Numbered from the stretch's first letter, positions 10,388 to 19,487 are shown. The stretch is 64,000 bases of DNA from an uncultured Rhodobacteraceae bacterium (GCA_947502145.1 CANMYO010000006.1:11476-75475); one strand, 5' to 3'. Made by a program: numbers and translations. The notes: generated by a model not told the origin, from the letters alone.

Positions 10388-10609
10388 CCATACTGATTCA
10401 AAAACGCACCAGACCCGAAGCTCTTACGGCCCATACCGGACGCTGAGTGTGAGGTTCGATGCTGCGTTGCAGCTTCCCGAAAGCAGACATTGACAGATGG
10501 TTGTGGAGGCCCCTCCTCAACCGAAAAAGAAACCTGCCAAAACTACAAGGGTTTTGCCGGGGGTTTTTGTCCTAGTTAAGCGGTTGATCCGGGGTAAGGC
10601 GAGGCGTCC

Positions 10610-10648
10610 GGACAAAAACGACCGTTTTTGGCCTATAGATATTGGCAA
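10610..10648 (-). repeat. Left copy of an inverted ~39-bp repeat bracketing the 8.4-kb accessory module
   Basis: The reverse complement TTGCCAATATCTATAGGCCAAAAACGGTCGTTTTTGTCC aligns with 19061-19099 (TTGCCAATACCTATAGGCCAGAAACGGTTGTTTTTGTCA) at 35 of 39 positions. Weaker similarity continues ~70 bp further (GGCAAAACCCTTGTAGTTTTG vs GGCAAAACTGCCTTTGATTTTG). It contains the internal near-palindrome GGACAAAAACG-AC-CGTTTTTGGCC. Confidence 0.7.
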
Positions 10649-10964
10649 GGAGCTTTTTCTTGGACCGCAATCGAAATGGCTCCCAATCGAATTCAAGCGT
10701 GGTTTCGGTCCGTTTGCGACGAATTCGGTCGATCCACGAATTGGCTGGTGAACCGGTGTAGCTTTCAGCCGCAAGAATGACGTTCCGCTGATTAAGAACG
10801 TATGACCGAAGCTCAGCAAACATTCATCAGAAGTTTATTGTCAAAATTCCTTACGATCCGTCACGAAAGGCAGGATTCCGCTCATTTCTTCTATCTATGA
10901 TTGTACTTTCCCTGCAAAAAATTCTAGATGCTGACAAGTTCCCAGTGAATCCTAAGTAGTTGTA

Positions 10965-12092
10965 ATGAAAGATATTATTATTATTGGTGGCGGTGTCGCT
11001 GGACTAATGGCCGCGTATAAGTTGTCCAAAATTGGTTTGTCAGTTGCAGTTGTAGAGCATCATCAATTCTTGGCTTCGGGTCCATCGACCAGAAATGAAG
11101 GCTGGTTACATCGAGGCACCTATCATGCAGCATCAATTGCGTCGCGAGAAACGGCTGTCGAGGTGGCCAAGCGGTGCATTTACGGGCATGAACAATTGAA
11201 GAGTTTTTGTCCAGAAGCCATCGAAGATATGGACAAGAGTCCGATCGCTATGCTCAAAGACGGTGATCGGGCGGAAGAAGTTAAATCTCGTTGGAAGGAA
11301 GCCAAGGTCAGCTTCCGAGAAATCAGCCGCCGTGAGGCAAAGGTGAGCTGCCCAGAAGCCGATCTTTCAAGGCCCGCGGCGCTCTTCGAAGTTAATGACG
11401 TCAGTATCAACACGCGCCTACTGTACCGTAAGCTCGTGTCGGAAGCGAAGCGCTCCGGATGCGAGTTCTTCCTAGATCGGAAGATCACAAAAATAGATGG
11501 AACTTGTCTTGAGCTATGCACCAGCACCGGCCAGCGTGAAAGGATCGTAGGCCGGAAGGTCGTTTATGCCGCTGGTGGTGGTGCAGCCGATTTAATGAAA
11601 AAGCACCACGGGATCAATGTTCCAATCAGATATTGGAAAAGCCACCTGGTTGTCACCAAGAGGCTCGCATCGATGGGTGTATTCTATCTCGATCCGCAAG
11701 AAGCCGCGATGATGCACCATGGACAGGTAAGTGTTGTGGGTTTCAATGAGGATGCGCTTCTGAGCGAATATCCAGATTATGGGGTAATCAAGGAGAGAGC
11801 GCGTAACTTGCGTGAGGGCATCAAGCGGATTTTCCCGAACTGGCGCGCGAATGAAGCTCTGGATGTGGCTTGTGTGAAGGTAGATCTGGCCGATCAGCAA
11901 GAGGACGCCCGATCACTCAACATAGCCATCAGGGAACCAATACCTGATCACATTTTGGCGCTTCCAGGGAAGCTCACTGAAGCCCCTTATCTCACAGACA
12001 TTCTAGTTGCACGAATTCACGAGGGCATCGATGACGGAATAGTGTCACACAGGCCTTGCGATACTTTCCAGTCAGTGGCTGAGGGAGTGTAA
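10965..12092 (+). CDS. FAD-dependent oxidoreductase (DAO-like)
   Basis: 375 aa. N-terminal Rossmann dinucleotide motif IIIIGGGVAGLMAAYKLSKIGLSVAVVE. First gene of a tight + strand operon in a visibly AT-richer stretch. Confidence 0.75.
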   Translation: MKDIIIIGGGVAGLMAAYKLSKIGLSVAVVEHHQFLASGPSTRNEGWLHRGTYHAASIASRETAVEVAKRCIYGHEQLKSFCPEAIEDMDKSPIAMLKDGDRAEEVKSRWKEAKVSFREISRREAKVSCPEADLSRPAALFEVNDVSINTRLLYRKLVSEAKRSGCEFFLDRKITKIDGTCLELCTSTGQRERIVGRKVVYAAGGGAADLMKKHHGINVPIRYWKSHLVVTKRLASMGVFYLDPQEAAMMHHGQVSVVGFNEDALLSEYPDYGVIKERARNLREGIKRIFPNWRANEALDVACVKVDLADQQEDARSLNIAIREPIPDHILALPGKLTEAPYLTDILVARIHEGIDDGIVSHRPCDTFQSVAEGV

Positions 12093-12097
12093 AAACC

Positions 12098-12709
12098 ATG
12101 GACTTGGAAAAGCTTAATGCGATCCGACGTAATGGAGGATTCCTCTCAATAGAGGATACGATCAACCTGAGCGAAACGGAAAATCATGTGTACGACCCGT
12201 TCTCAACGCTGATCGCAACGCACCTCGAAATTGGTGCCGGAAATGTGTTCTTTCCTGGTACGATCTTGCATCGGTCAGGCGAAAGCTCGATCACTATCGG
12301 CAATCGAAATATCTTCTATGCTGGCTGCCTGCTGGAAGCCACCCAAGGCAAAATCTGGATAGGCGACGAGAACCAATTCGGTGAGGGTGGCTTTACCGCA
12401 AAAGCAAATCGACCAGGTGCTGATATTCGGTTTGGCAACCAAGGACGATACCTGAATAACCCCTTAATCTTTGGCGAGACATATCTGGGCAATGGCTCCC
12501 AGGTTCTCGGCAACATTCAGGTCGATAGCTGCCAACTGGATTCTGGCGACAGTTTCAGGGGACCAGACCCAGACAAGCGCGGCGGACTCCTGAAGGGTTC
12601 TGGTATTGCTAAGAACCTTCATGTTCTGGGGGGCCATGTCATTGCCGCCCAGGGCGACTTCTCCGAAAGCGAAATGCTGCCCCAATCCCACTTTCATCCA
12701 AAGAGATAG
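12098..12709 (+). CDS. Hypothetical protein with left-handed beta-helix-like (hexapeptide-type) repeats
   Basis: 203 aa with repeated [IV]G..N.F short periodicity (IGAGNVFFPGTIL, ITIGNRNIFYAGCLL, IWIGDENQFGEGG, IRFGNQGRYLNN, TYLGNGSQVLGNIQV). Starts 5 nt after the previous gene. Confidence 0.5.
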   Translation: MDLEKLNAIRRNGGFLSIEDTINLSETENHVYDPFSTLIATHLEIGAGNVFFPGTILHRSGESSITIGNRNIFYAGCLLEATQGKIWIGDENQFGEGGFTAKANRPGADIRFGNQGRYLNNPLIFGETYLGNGSQVLGNIQVDSCQLDSGDSFRGPDPDKRGGLLKGSGIAKNLHVLGGHVIAAQGDFSESEMLPQSHFHPKR

Positions 12710-12713
12710 CCCA

Positions 12714-13517
12714 ATGGAAAAAGTTGAACTTGGCCTGGGCCTTCTATCACTTGGTCGAACTTGGGGCGTACGCGATGTGTCCCCCCCAACTGAGCCCAAG
12801 GCGCTGCAATTAATTTCTTTGGCACGATCCAAAGGGATCCGATTCTTTGATACTGCGCCCGCCTATGGAAAAAGCGAGGACCGTCTTGGACTTGCGCTCT
12901 CGTCAAGTGCGAGTGGCTTCAAAGAAGCAATTGTTGCTACAAAAGCTGGCGAGCACTGGCAAGACGCAAGGGAAACGACATTTGTGGATCACAGTTTCGA
13001 TGCACTTTGTGCAAGCTTGGATAGGAGTCTTGATCGCCTAGGCCGCGTTGACATCCTACAAATTCACAAGGCGACAGAAGATGTTGTGTGCGCACCTGCC
13101 GTGGCAAAATTCCTCTTATATGCCGAAAGCCTTGGTGTTCGTGAGTTTGGTGCATCCGTCAGTTCTGTGGCAGCGGCTGAAAGAGCCATCGATACAGGCT
13201 TGTTCCAATGGCTCCAGTATCCGCTGAACGAAAGTAACGGTTCCTTTGCTCACTTGGGCGGGCGACTTCGAAAGAGCAACATGAAGTCGATCATTAACAG
13301 GCCGTTCGAGATGGGCAAGCTTGCGACCATGGGCTCGGAGAGGCGCATCGCGGCGTTCAGACATCTGCTACACGCCGGACTGCCGAACGGGTCTGTCATA
13401 TTGTCAGGGACGTCATCGGCAGACCATCTAATTGAAAATATTGTCAACTTCGAGAGTGCGAGTGTTGAGTTGGATAGCTTTTGGAATTCTGGCCGGGATC
13501 ACACTTGGCTTCTATGA
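12714..13517 (+). CDS. Aldo/keto reductase family oxidoreductase
   Basis: Tracked ORF 12606..13517. Start moved to MEKVELGLGLLSLG (12714), just after the previous stop. Motifs FFDTAPAYGKSE and LDILQIHK are AKR-like. Confidence 0.7.
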   Translation: MEKVELGLGLLSLGRTWGVRDVSPPTEPKALQLISLARSKGIRFFDTAPAYGKSEDRLGLALSSSASGFKEAIVATKAGEHWQDARETTFVDHSFDALCASLDRSLDRLGRVDILQIHKATEDVVCAPAVAKFLLYAESLGVREFGASVSSVAAAERAIDTGLFQWLQYPLNESNGSFAHLGGRLRKSNMKSIINRPFEMGKLATMGSERRIAAFRHLLHAGLPNGSVILSGTSSADHLIENIVNFESASVELDSFWNSGRDHTWLL

Positions 13518-14355
13518 CTATTGGACCAAACGAGCAATGGCTGGGAACACTGTGTTCCCAGTTGTCTTCTGGTCTGCACTATTTGGGGCCGTAGCTTGGT
13601 TGCCATTCTTCACCCCGATCACTAGTGCAACGGGCTTTCGGGTCTTTGTGTCAAATACGAGTATCGTCGATCAGCTGGTAATCCTGGTCAAGGGCCTCGC
13701 GATGACGGGTTCGTGGTTGTTTGCCTACTACTCTGTCCGCGAGCTGCCGATGTCATATTCTGGCGTGGTCCGGGCATCTGGCCCCCTTTGGACATTGGTT
13801 GGAGGAATGCTCGTTTTCGGCGAGTTTCTGACACCGCTGCAGCTGACTGCTGTTTTGGTTTCAGTCTGCGCGTATTTTCTGCTTTCCAGGATTGGAAAAT
13901 CCGAGGGGATAGTTACGCTACGGAATGCGCCGATGGCAATGATGCTTGTCGCAACTATATTATCAGCAGTTACAACGGTTTATGATAAATATATTGTCCA
14001 GAATCTTAGTCTTCCGATTGCTGATGTACAGGCTTGGTCGGCCATCCATAGGCTTCTGCTCGCAGCAGTCATGTTGTTTATCGTCTCGTTTGGGTCCGCT
14101 AGCGCGAGACAGGTTCGGTGGTCAATCTGGATACCGTTGACAGGCCTATCTTGGGTTTTTGCTGAGTGGCTGTATTTCTTGGCAATCGCAGACCCAATTG
14201 CCAACGTAACTTACCTGTCGATTTTCCGGAGGATGAGTTTGGTCGTGGGCTTCGTGCTGTCTGTGCTCCTGATTGGAGAAAAAAACGTGCACAGAAAAAG
14301 CTTGATCATCGGCCTGATCTTGATCTCAACCATTACATTAGTTCTTGAGCAGTAG
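13432..14355 (+). CDS. EamA/DMT family transporter
   Basis: 307 aa with ~10 hydrophobic segments in two halves. Overlaps the AKR 3' end by up to 86 nt, so a downstream GTG/TTG start (13456-13465) is possible. Confidence 0.7.
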   Translation: MKILSTSRVRVLSWIAFGILAGITLGFYDYWTKRAMAGNTVFPVVFWSALFGAVAWLPFFTPITSATGFRVFVSNTSIVDQLVILVKGLAMTGSWLFAYYSVRELPMSYSGVVRASGPLWTLVGGMLVFGEFLTPLQLTAVLVSVCAYFLLSRIGKSEGIVTLRNAPMAMMLVATILSAVTTVYDKYIVQNLSLPIADVQAWSAIHRLLLAAVMLFIVSFGSASARQVRWSIWIPLTGLSWVFAEWLYFLAIADPIANVTYLSIFRRMSLVVGFVLSVLLIGEKNVHRKSLIIGLILISTITLVLEQ

Positions 14356-14623
14356 TTCTTGGTTCCGCAGCTAGCTTATCCACATGCACCGCCTTCATCC
14401 CTGCCTCACGGGGCCCGTCGATGTCGGCTTTTACGGTATCTCCAACAAACAGCACCTTGCCTGACTCAAGCGCCAGACCATTCAGCACCCACCGGTAGAT
14501 CTCCGGCTCTGGCTTGGTGACTCCGGCTTCATAGGAGAACACCACCAGGTCGGGCTCATCGGGCAAGTGTAGACCTCCCAACGCGCGTTGTCGGGCCGAG
14601 AATGCAAGTTTGAATTCTGCCAA
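14333..14623 (-). pseudogene. C-terminal fragment of a HAD-superfamily hydrolase
   Basis: 96 aa retain only HAD motifs III/IV (SYEAGVTKPEPEIY ... VLFVGDTVKADIDGPREAGM). No DxDxT/V motif I in any frame upstream. The upstream 350 bp is non-coding and carries a dispersed repeat. Confidence 0.6.
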
Positions 14624-14791
14624 CCGTGCTTAGAGTAGAACGTCAACTTCTGAAATCTCGTCTGGATCGGCCCATTCCGGACCTTCGACCTGCCGTCACG
14701 ATGCTGCGGTGCGGCCCGCCAGAGGAGACATTCGCTGCAACTGCAAATTCGGAGCAATGGCGAATTCACAGATCGCGGGACTAAGGGTGAA

Positions 14792-14818
14792 TTCGCTGCG
14801 GCTGCGCCAGTGTCCGCT
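14792..14818 (+). repeat. Dispersed 27-nt repeat (copy 1)
   Basis: TTCGCTGCGGCTGCGCCAGTGTCCGCT matches 19428-19454 (TTCGCTGCAGCTGCGCCAATGTCCGCT) at 25 of 27 positions, in the same orientation. Confidence 0.7.
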
Positions 14819-14968
14819 ACCGAAATTCTGTGATTGCCTAAAACGGTCGTTATCGCCGGTGACAGAAACGTACGATTTTTGGCAAATGTGGTGGGGCTAT
14901 GGAGCGTTGGCGAAGACCCGAAAAATGAACGCGGCGAGATTAGGGAATGTCAACAAGGACATTTCCAC

Positions 14969-15280
14969 TCACGCGACCTGCACAAAAACTCGTCCTTCGC
15001 GAATTTCGACCGGGTAAGTCTTCAGGTCTTCATATACGGGCGCTGACAAGGCTTTCCCTGAACAGATGTCAAACCGCCCGCCATGCAATGGGCATTCGAT
15101 CACACAGTCGATGACTAGCCCGTCCTCAAGACTTTGCTCTTCGTGCGTGCACATCAATTCGGTCGCGAAAAAGCCTTTTTCAGTGTTGTAGATCGCAATT
15201 TTCTGGCCCTTGTGTTCCCAGGCGATCAGGTCTTCTTCATCGATGTCGTCAGTAGCGCAAGCGTCTATCCATTGGCTCAT
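14969..15280 (-). CDS. Rieske [2Fe-2S] ferredoxin
   Basis: CTHEEQSL...CPLHGGRF is the CxH...CxxH Rieske ligand set. Start set at MSQWIDACATDDI (15280), giving the usual ~103 aa. The tracked ORF starts at 15334. Confidence 0.8.
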   Translation of the reverse strand: MSQWIDACATDDIDEEDLIAWEHKGQKIAIYNTEKGFFATELMCTHEEQSLEDGLVIDCVIECPLHGGRFDICSGKALSAPVYEDLKTYPVEIREGRVFVQVA

Positions 15281-15340
15281 TGTTTCGTCCAGAGTTTGAG
15301 GTGGGAGGGACAAGAGCGTTGTAACGCTCGGCATCTATTT

Positions 15341-16189
15341 TTATTGATGTGTGGGCGTCCATTTATCGAGGGCTTCAAGGAACTTGTCCTTCTCGCCTTC
15401 ATGCATCGCAATATTGGTCGGTGGGTAGGGGAAGTTGCCCGCAGTCACTTCACGGTGGAATTCGCCAAGCGCGGCCACGCGTTCCGTATGAACTTGCTTG
15501 TGCAACCGCCCAACCTGCCCAAAGGTATGGGCGTGTTTGGGGGGTTTTTCTTCCTCGCTTGCCTCACCGCAGATGTCGGCGAGGAAGGAGAAGATCGCGT
15601 CACCATGCGGGCCGGAGCCGAGTGAAAAGGTTACGACGCTGGTCTTGTTGTTGACGGCCTCCAGTACCTCCTCGGCGAGGCATTCGACCTCGACGGCAAA
15701 AACACCTGCATCTTCCATCCGCTTGAGCGTGGTCCAGATCTGCAACGCTTCTTCCGCCTTGCGGCCAAAGGCGCGCAACCCGCCATAATGATGACTGAAT
15801 GTCGGGATCAGGCCGATATGGCTTTGCACCGGGATGCCATCGCTTGCCATACGCTCCATCACGTCGAATGACCGCAGAGTATAGTACATATCGGCCCCGC
15901 GCCTCATGGCTTCGAATGCATGGGCGACAATCTCATCATCCGAACCGAACTGGGCCCAACTGGACCCCGCGCCGGTGAAATTCGTCGGGGCGAGTTCCCG
16001 GACATCTTCCATCTGTTCGGTGCCCACAACGAACAGGTCGATCCCAGCCTCGACACAAGCGACGATCTGATCGCGGTCCGCCGGGTTGGCCATGGACAGT
16101 TTTCGGCCCGACACTTTCAGAGACTTGAGGTCAGAGACCGTAAAGTTTCGCTTCGCCGGGTTGCGGCTGAAATCATATATACGCTTCAT
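15341..16189 (-). CDS. PanB-like (3-methyl-2-oxobutanoate hydroxymethyltransferase family / PEP-mutase superfamily) protein
   Basis: 282 aa. N-terminal region (TVSDLKSLKVSGRKLSMANPADRDQIVACVEAGIDLFVVG) resembles the PanB pattern T...L...K..G.K..MLTAYD......D.AG.D..LVGDS, but the canonical DS after the LVG equivalent is TE in this protein. Confidence 0.5.
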   Translation of the reverse strand: MKRIYDFSRNPAKRNFTVSDLKSLKVSGRKLSMANPADRDQIVACVEAGIDLFVVGTEQMEDVRELAPTNFTGAGSSWAQFGSDDEIVAHAFEAMRRGADMYYTLRSFDVMERMASDGIPVQSHIGLIPTFSHHYGGLRAFGRKAEEALQIWTTLKRMEDAGVFAVEVECLAEEVLEAVNNKTSVVTFSLGSGPHGDAIFSFLADICGEASEEEKPPKHAHTFGQVGRLHKQVHTERVAALGEFHREVTAGNFPYPPTNIAMHEGEKDKFLEALDKWTPTHQ

Positions 16190-16192
16190 CGC

Positions 16193-17221
16193 TCACATGG
16201 TCCTTTGCGCGACACGCTTGACCGGGCCACCGGCGGTAATCATATGCGGGGCCTGCCGAATGCTGGGGGCCTTGGTCGACAATCCCAGAGACCGGCGCAG
16301 CGTGACCACAAGCACCTCCCAATTTGTTCGCAAGAAACCGGGATCGGGTGCGGGAACCTGACTTTTCACAGCCTCAGCCAGATCGGGTAGCGCGTGGAAG
16401 GGCACATTGGGATAGAGGTGATGCTCTACATGGTTGCTCATGTTCATATAGAGAAAATTCGCCAGCCAGCTGCCACGGAATGATCGGGTGCTTTCCAGGA
16501 TGGACTGGGAGTTCTCCAGCAGTTCGACATGCTGGATCAGAGTAAACAGCAGCATCACGGGCGCACCCAGCACACGGGGAATGACGATGAACCAGATGGG
16601 CCACCAGACGCCAGCAAAAGGCGTCACGGCAATCAATGCGTAGATCGCCAGCATGATCCGTGCGTTGCGGGTCATCTTGGGAAACTCATTTTCCGGCGTG
16701 ACCATTTTCATCGTGTCGGAATACTGACGTGTGGCCAGATGCCAGAACACGGCCATGTGAAACCTGAGCAGTCCAAAGCCTGTGATTTCGGTCAGCCAGC
16801 CGCCAAAGCCCATCGGGGTGTCGAACGGCATCTGGCTGTCTTTGCCCACATGCCAGGTATGGGTGTGGTGATTGGTATGGGTGTAACGGCGATGCAGCGG
16901 TTCTTCCATATACAGCAGCGAGGTCACCCAAAGCACTGTTTCGTTCAGCCAACGGGTACGGAACGCCGTGCCATGGGCGCATTCATGACTGAAGCTGTAG
17001 GAGGGCACGGTAAGAAACACGCCCAGAATGAACATTGCCGGCCACATCCACAGCGCACCCAATGTCGCCCAGACCAGCGCTCCGCTGAGGACAAGCGACA
17101 GGCCCCATTGCGCCAGATAGGTCAGGCCGGGTCGATCCGAGCGCGCGGCAATGGATTTCAGGGTTTTCTTGTCGAGTTTCACACCGGAAGAAGCGGCATT
17201 TGTCGGGATGTAATCTGGCAT
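16193..17221 (-). CDS. Membrane fatty-acid-desaturase-family di-iron oxygenase
   Basis: 342 aa with three His boxes HECAH, HRRYTHTNHHTH and HVEHH, and hydrophobic segments. 3-nt gaps to both neighbours. Confidence 0.8.
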   Translation of the reverse strand: MPDYIPTNAASSGVKLDKKTLKSIAARSDRPGLTYLAQWGLSLVLSGALVWATLGALWMWPAMFILGVFLTVPSYSFSHECAHGTAFRTRWLNETVLWVTSLLYMEEPLHRRYTHTNHHTHTWHVGKDSQMPFDTPMGFGGWLTEITGFGLLRFHMAVFWHLATRQYSDTMKMVTPENEFPKMTRNARIMLAIYALIAVTPFAGVWWPIWFIVIPRVLGAPVMLLFTLIQHVELLENSQSILESTRSFRGSWLANFLYMNMSNHVEHHLYPNVPFHALPDLAEAVKSQVPAPDPGFLRTNWEVLVVTLRRSLGLSTKAPSIRQAPHMITAGGPVKRVAQRTM

Positions 17222-17224
17222 AGA

Positions 17225-17983
17225 TCAGCTCGCATAGTCTGAGTTTTCGTGATCGAGGATGGCTTTGAGCTCGTTCAGATGACGCTCGGCCTGACCCGGG
17301 TAATCGGCCAGTTCCTGCGCTGTCTTTTCTGCAATCTCATCGCTGAGAATGCGCAGGGGCTGCCCGGTTTGCAGGGCGCGGATATAAGTCTCTGCGGCCC
17401 GCTCGAAATAGTAAAGCCGGTTGAACGTGTCCGCGACGCTGTCCCCGATCACCAGAACGCCGTGATTACCCATGATCATCACTTTGATCTTCGGGTCCGA
17501 CAACATGGAAGCGCAGCGTGCGCCTTCGTCTTCAAACGCCAGCCCGCCAAAGGAGTTGTCGATCACATAGCGATTGAAGAAGGTGGCCGTGTTCTGGTCG
17601 ATGGGCGGCAGCGTGCTGTCAGCCAGCGAGGCCAGAACCGTCGCGTGGATCGAATGCACATGCATGACACAGCGCGCATGCGGGCAGGCCCGGTGTACCG
17701 ACCCATGCAGCCCCCATGCCGTTGAATCCGGCGCTTCGGGGTGATCCATGGTCGTGCCATCATTGGCATCCAGGAGCAACAGGTCTGACGCTTTGATCCG
17801 GTTGAAATGGCGCTGGTTCGGGTTCATCAGGAATTGCGGGCCATCATCATTGACGGCCAGGCTGAAGTGGTTCGCAACTGCTTCATACATGTTCAGCCGA
17901 ACGGTCCAGCGAAACGCCGCCGCCATATCAACGCGCTCGGCCCAATGGGTCAGGTTCTGAGAATGTACCGGCTTGAGCATCAA
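17225..17983 (-). CDS. Class II aldolase/adducin-domain protein
   Basis: 252 aa with His-rich metal-site region (AWGLHGSVHRACPHARCVMHVHSIHATVLA) and NHGVLVIGDSV, typical of the family. Confidence 0.75.
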   Translation of the reverse strand: MMLKPVHSQNLTHWAERVDMAAAFRWTVRLNMYEAVANHFSLAVNDDGPQFLMNPNQRHFNRIKASDLLLLDANDGTTMDHPEAPDSTAWGLHGSVHRACPHARCVMHVHSIHATVLASLADSTLPPIDQNTATFFNRYVIDNSFGGLAFEDEGARCASMLSDPKIKVMIMGNHGVLVIGDSVADTFNRLYYFERAAETYIRALQTGQPLRILSDEIAEKTAQELADYPGQAERHLNELKAILDHENSDYAS

Positions 17984-18070
17984 TGCCTCCCAAATAGCTG
18001 TATGGGAGTTTCCAGAATTGGGGTTTATATGACAAACGATGAATCCAGGGTATAACCATTAAGAATATTA

Positions 18071-18970
18071 ATGGATAAATCGCAGATGACAGACTTGCCC
18101 TCACAATTGCCTCCGCTCACGTGGTTGCGCGCGTTCGAAGAAAGCGCTCGGCATTTGAATTTTACCCGTGCGGCGGCGGAATTGAACCTGACCCAATCGG
18201 CGGTCAGCCAGCATGTGCGCAGTCTGGAGTCCTTTCTGGGTCGCGATCTGTTCGTTCGAAAGACCCGCGTCTTGGAACTCACAGAGGATGGTGCGAACTA
18301 TCTGCCAAGTATTCGTGAAGCCTTCGCCCTGATCGCCACGAGCACCAAAGCTTTTACCGGTGGTGCGCAGGGTCACGTCCTGAGTATTCAGTGCAATATG
18401 GCATTTTCTGTCTTTTGGCTCGCGCCTCGCCTGCATCGACTTTATGAACGCCACCCGTGGTTGGTTCTCAATATTGTCACACCCATTTGGGATCCCGCGC
18501 GCCACGCCGCCCACGCCGCGTTGGAGATCCGGTTTGGCAGGTCGGAAGAAATCTCCGGGACAGCAGAGCGCTTGCCCATTGATAATTTCTACCCGGTCTG
18601 CGCGCCTGGCTATCAGAATGGCGATTTTGATTTGGCCACAGCTACCCTTTTTGACTGCGCGGGTACGACCGGGACATGGGAAGCTTGGTGCGCCGCGACT
18701 AGACGGGACTTCGGCAACGCCAGAAAAATCAATCTTGTGTCGACATATGTCATCGCCATCACGGCAGCGCTGAACGGTGCAGGAATCACGATGGCACATG
18801 ACACATTGGTGCGTGACCTTCTGGAAACAGGGCAACTGGTCCGCCCCTTCGCAGGCGTGGCTCCGCTAAGTGAAGCGTATTTCCTTTTGCCACCATCGCC
18901 CCACGCTAAGACGCCTGCGAGTGAAGCTTTTCTCGCCTGGTTGGGAGAGGAGGTGGCAGCGTCACATTGA
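18071..18970 (+). CDS. LysR family transcriptional regulator (GcvA-like)
   Basis: 299 aa. N-terminal HTH LRAFEESARHLNFTRAAAELNLTQSAVSQHVRSLE. Divergent from the aldolase operon. Confidence 0.85.
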   Translation: MDKSQMTDLPSQLPPLTWLRAFEESARHLNFTRAAAELNLTQSAVSQHVRSLESFLGRDLFVRKTRVLELTEDGANYLPSIREAFALIATSTKAFTGGAQGHVLSIQCNMAFSVFWLAPRLHRLYERHPWLVLNIVTPIWDPARHAAHAALEIRFGRSEEISGTAERLPIDNFYPVCAPGYQNGDFDLATATLFDCAGTTGTWEAWCAATRRDFGNARKINLVSTYVIAITAALNGAGITMAHDTLVRDLLETGQLVRPFAGVAPLSEAYFLLPPSPHAKTPASEAFLAWLGEEVAASH

Positions 18971-19060
18971 CCGTCGAGGAAACGTTAAGTCTCGGTGCGG
19001 GTTTTCTCATCGACAGTTACTCGCTTGCCATGAGAAAACCCAACGATGGGCAAAAACCCT

Positions 19061-19099
19061 TTGCCAATACCTATAGGCCAGAAACGGTTGTTTTTGTCA
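19061..19099 (+). repeat. Right copy of the inverted ~39-bp repeat
   Basis: See 10610-10648. Confidence 0.7.
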
Positions 19100-19427
19100 C
19101 ACACGGCACCATCACCGAGAGTATTGAAAAATCTTGCGCCTCATACCCTTGGCAAAACTGCCTTTGATTTTGTCACGCTTTTGGCAACACCACGAGAGGG
19201 CAGACATTCGTGCATCGTGCAGCATCGGTGACTAAGGGCTCTCTACCGCCGTTAGATCGGGCGCAGCATCTTTGCCCATCAGATGCTGTAGCCTACAGAA
19301 AGGACGGCCCAGAGCCGACATCCGACCCTGTCTCTTGATGCTGCAGCCGCAGCCCGCATACCTGCCATTCGCTGCGACACCTCGATTTGATGGGAGCTGG
19401 ACGACCGGTCTGCGGGAAAAGCACCAT

Positions 19428-19485
19428 TTCGCTGCAGCTGCGCCAATGTCCGCTTTGACCGCCGCCGACAGCGGACACCACTGCA
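19428..19485 (+). repeat. Dispersed repeat (copy 2) with an adjacent GTCCGC...GCGGAC hairpin
   Basis: 19428-19454 matches 14792-14818. It is followed by TGTCCGCTTTGACCGCCGCCGACAGCGGACA (arms TGTCCGC and GCGGACA). Related cores occur at 26610-26623 and 26781-26795. Confidence 0.65.
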
Positions 19486-19487
19486 AC

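Noticed and set aside
10497-10823. Short ORFs (83-100 aa) overlapping the left inverted repeat, considered as a transposase or integrase remnant
   Set aside because: I could not match the peptides to any transposase or recombinase family by eye. I report only the DNA repeat. Calling a Tn3 or IS66 end (GGGG.../GTAAGCG-like strings nearby) would be over-interpretation.
16529-17242. 237-aa + strand ORF
   Set aside because: It is antisense to the desaturase gene, which has three clear His boxes. Its His/Gly/Arg-rich shadow-frame composition fits an artefact.
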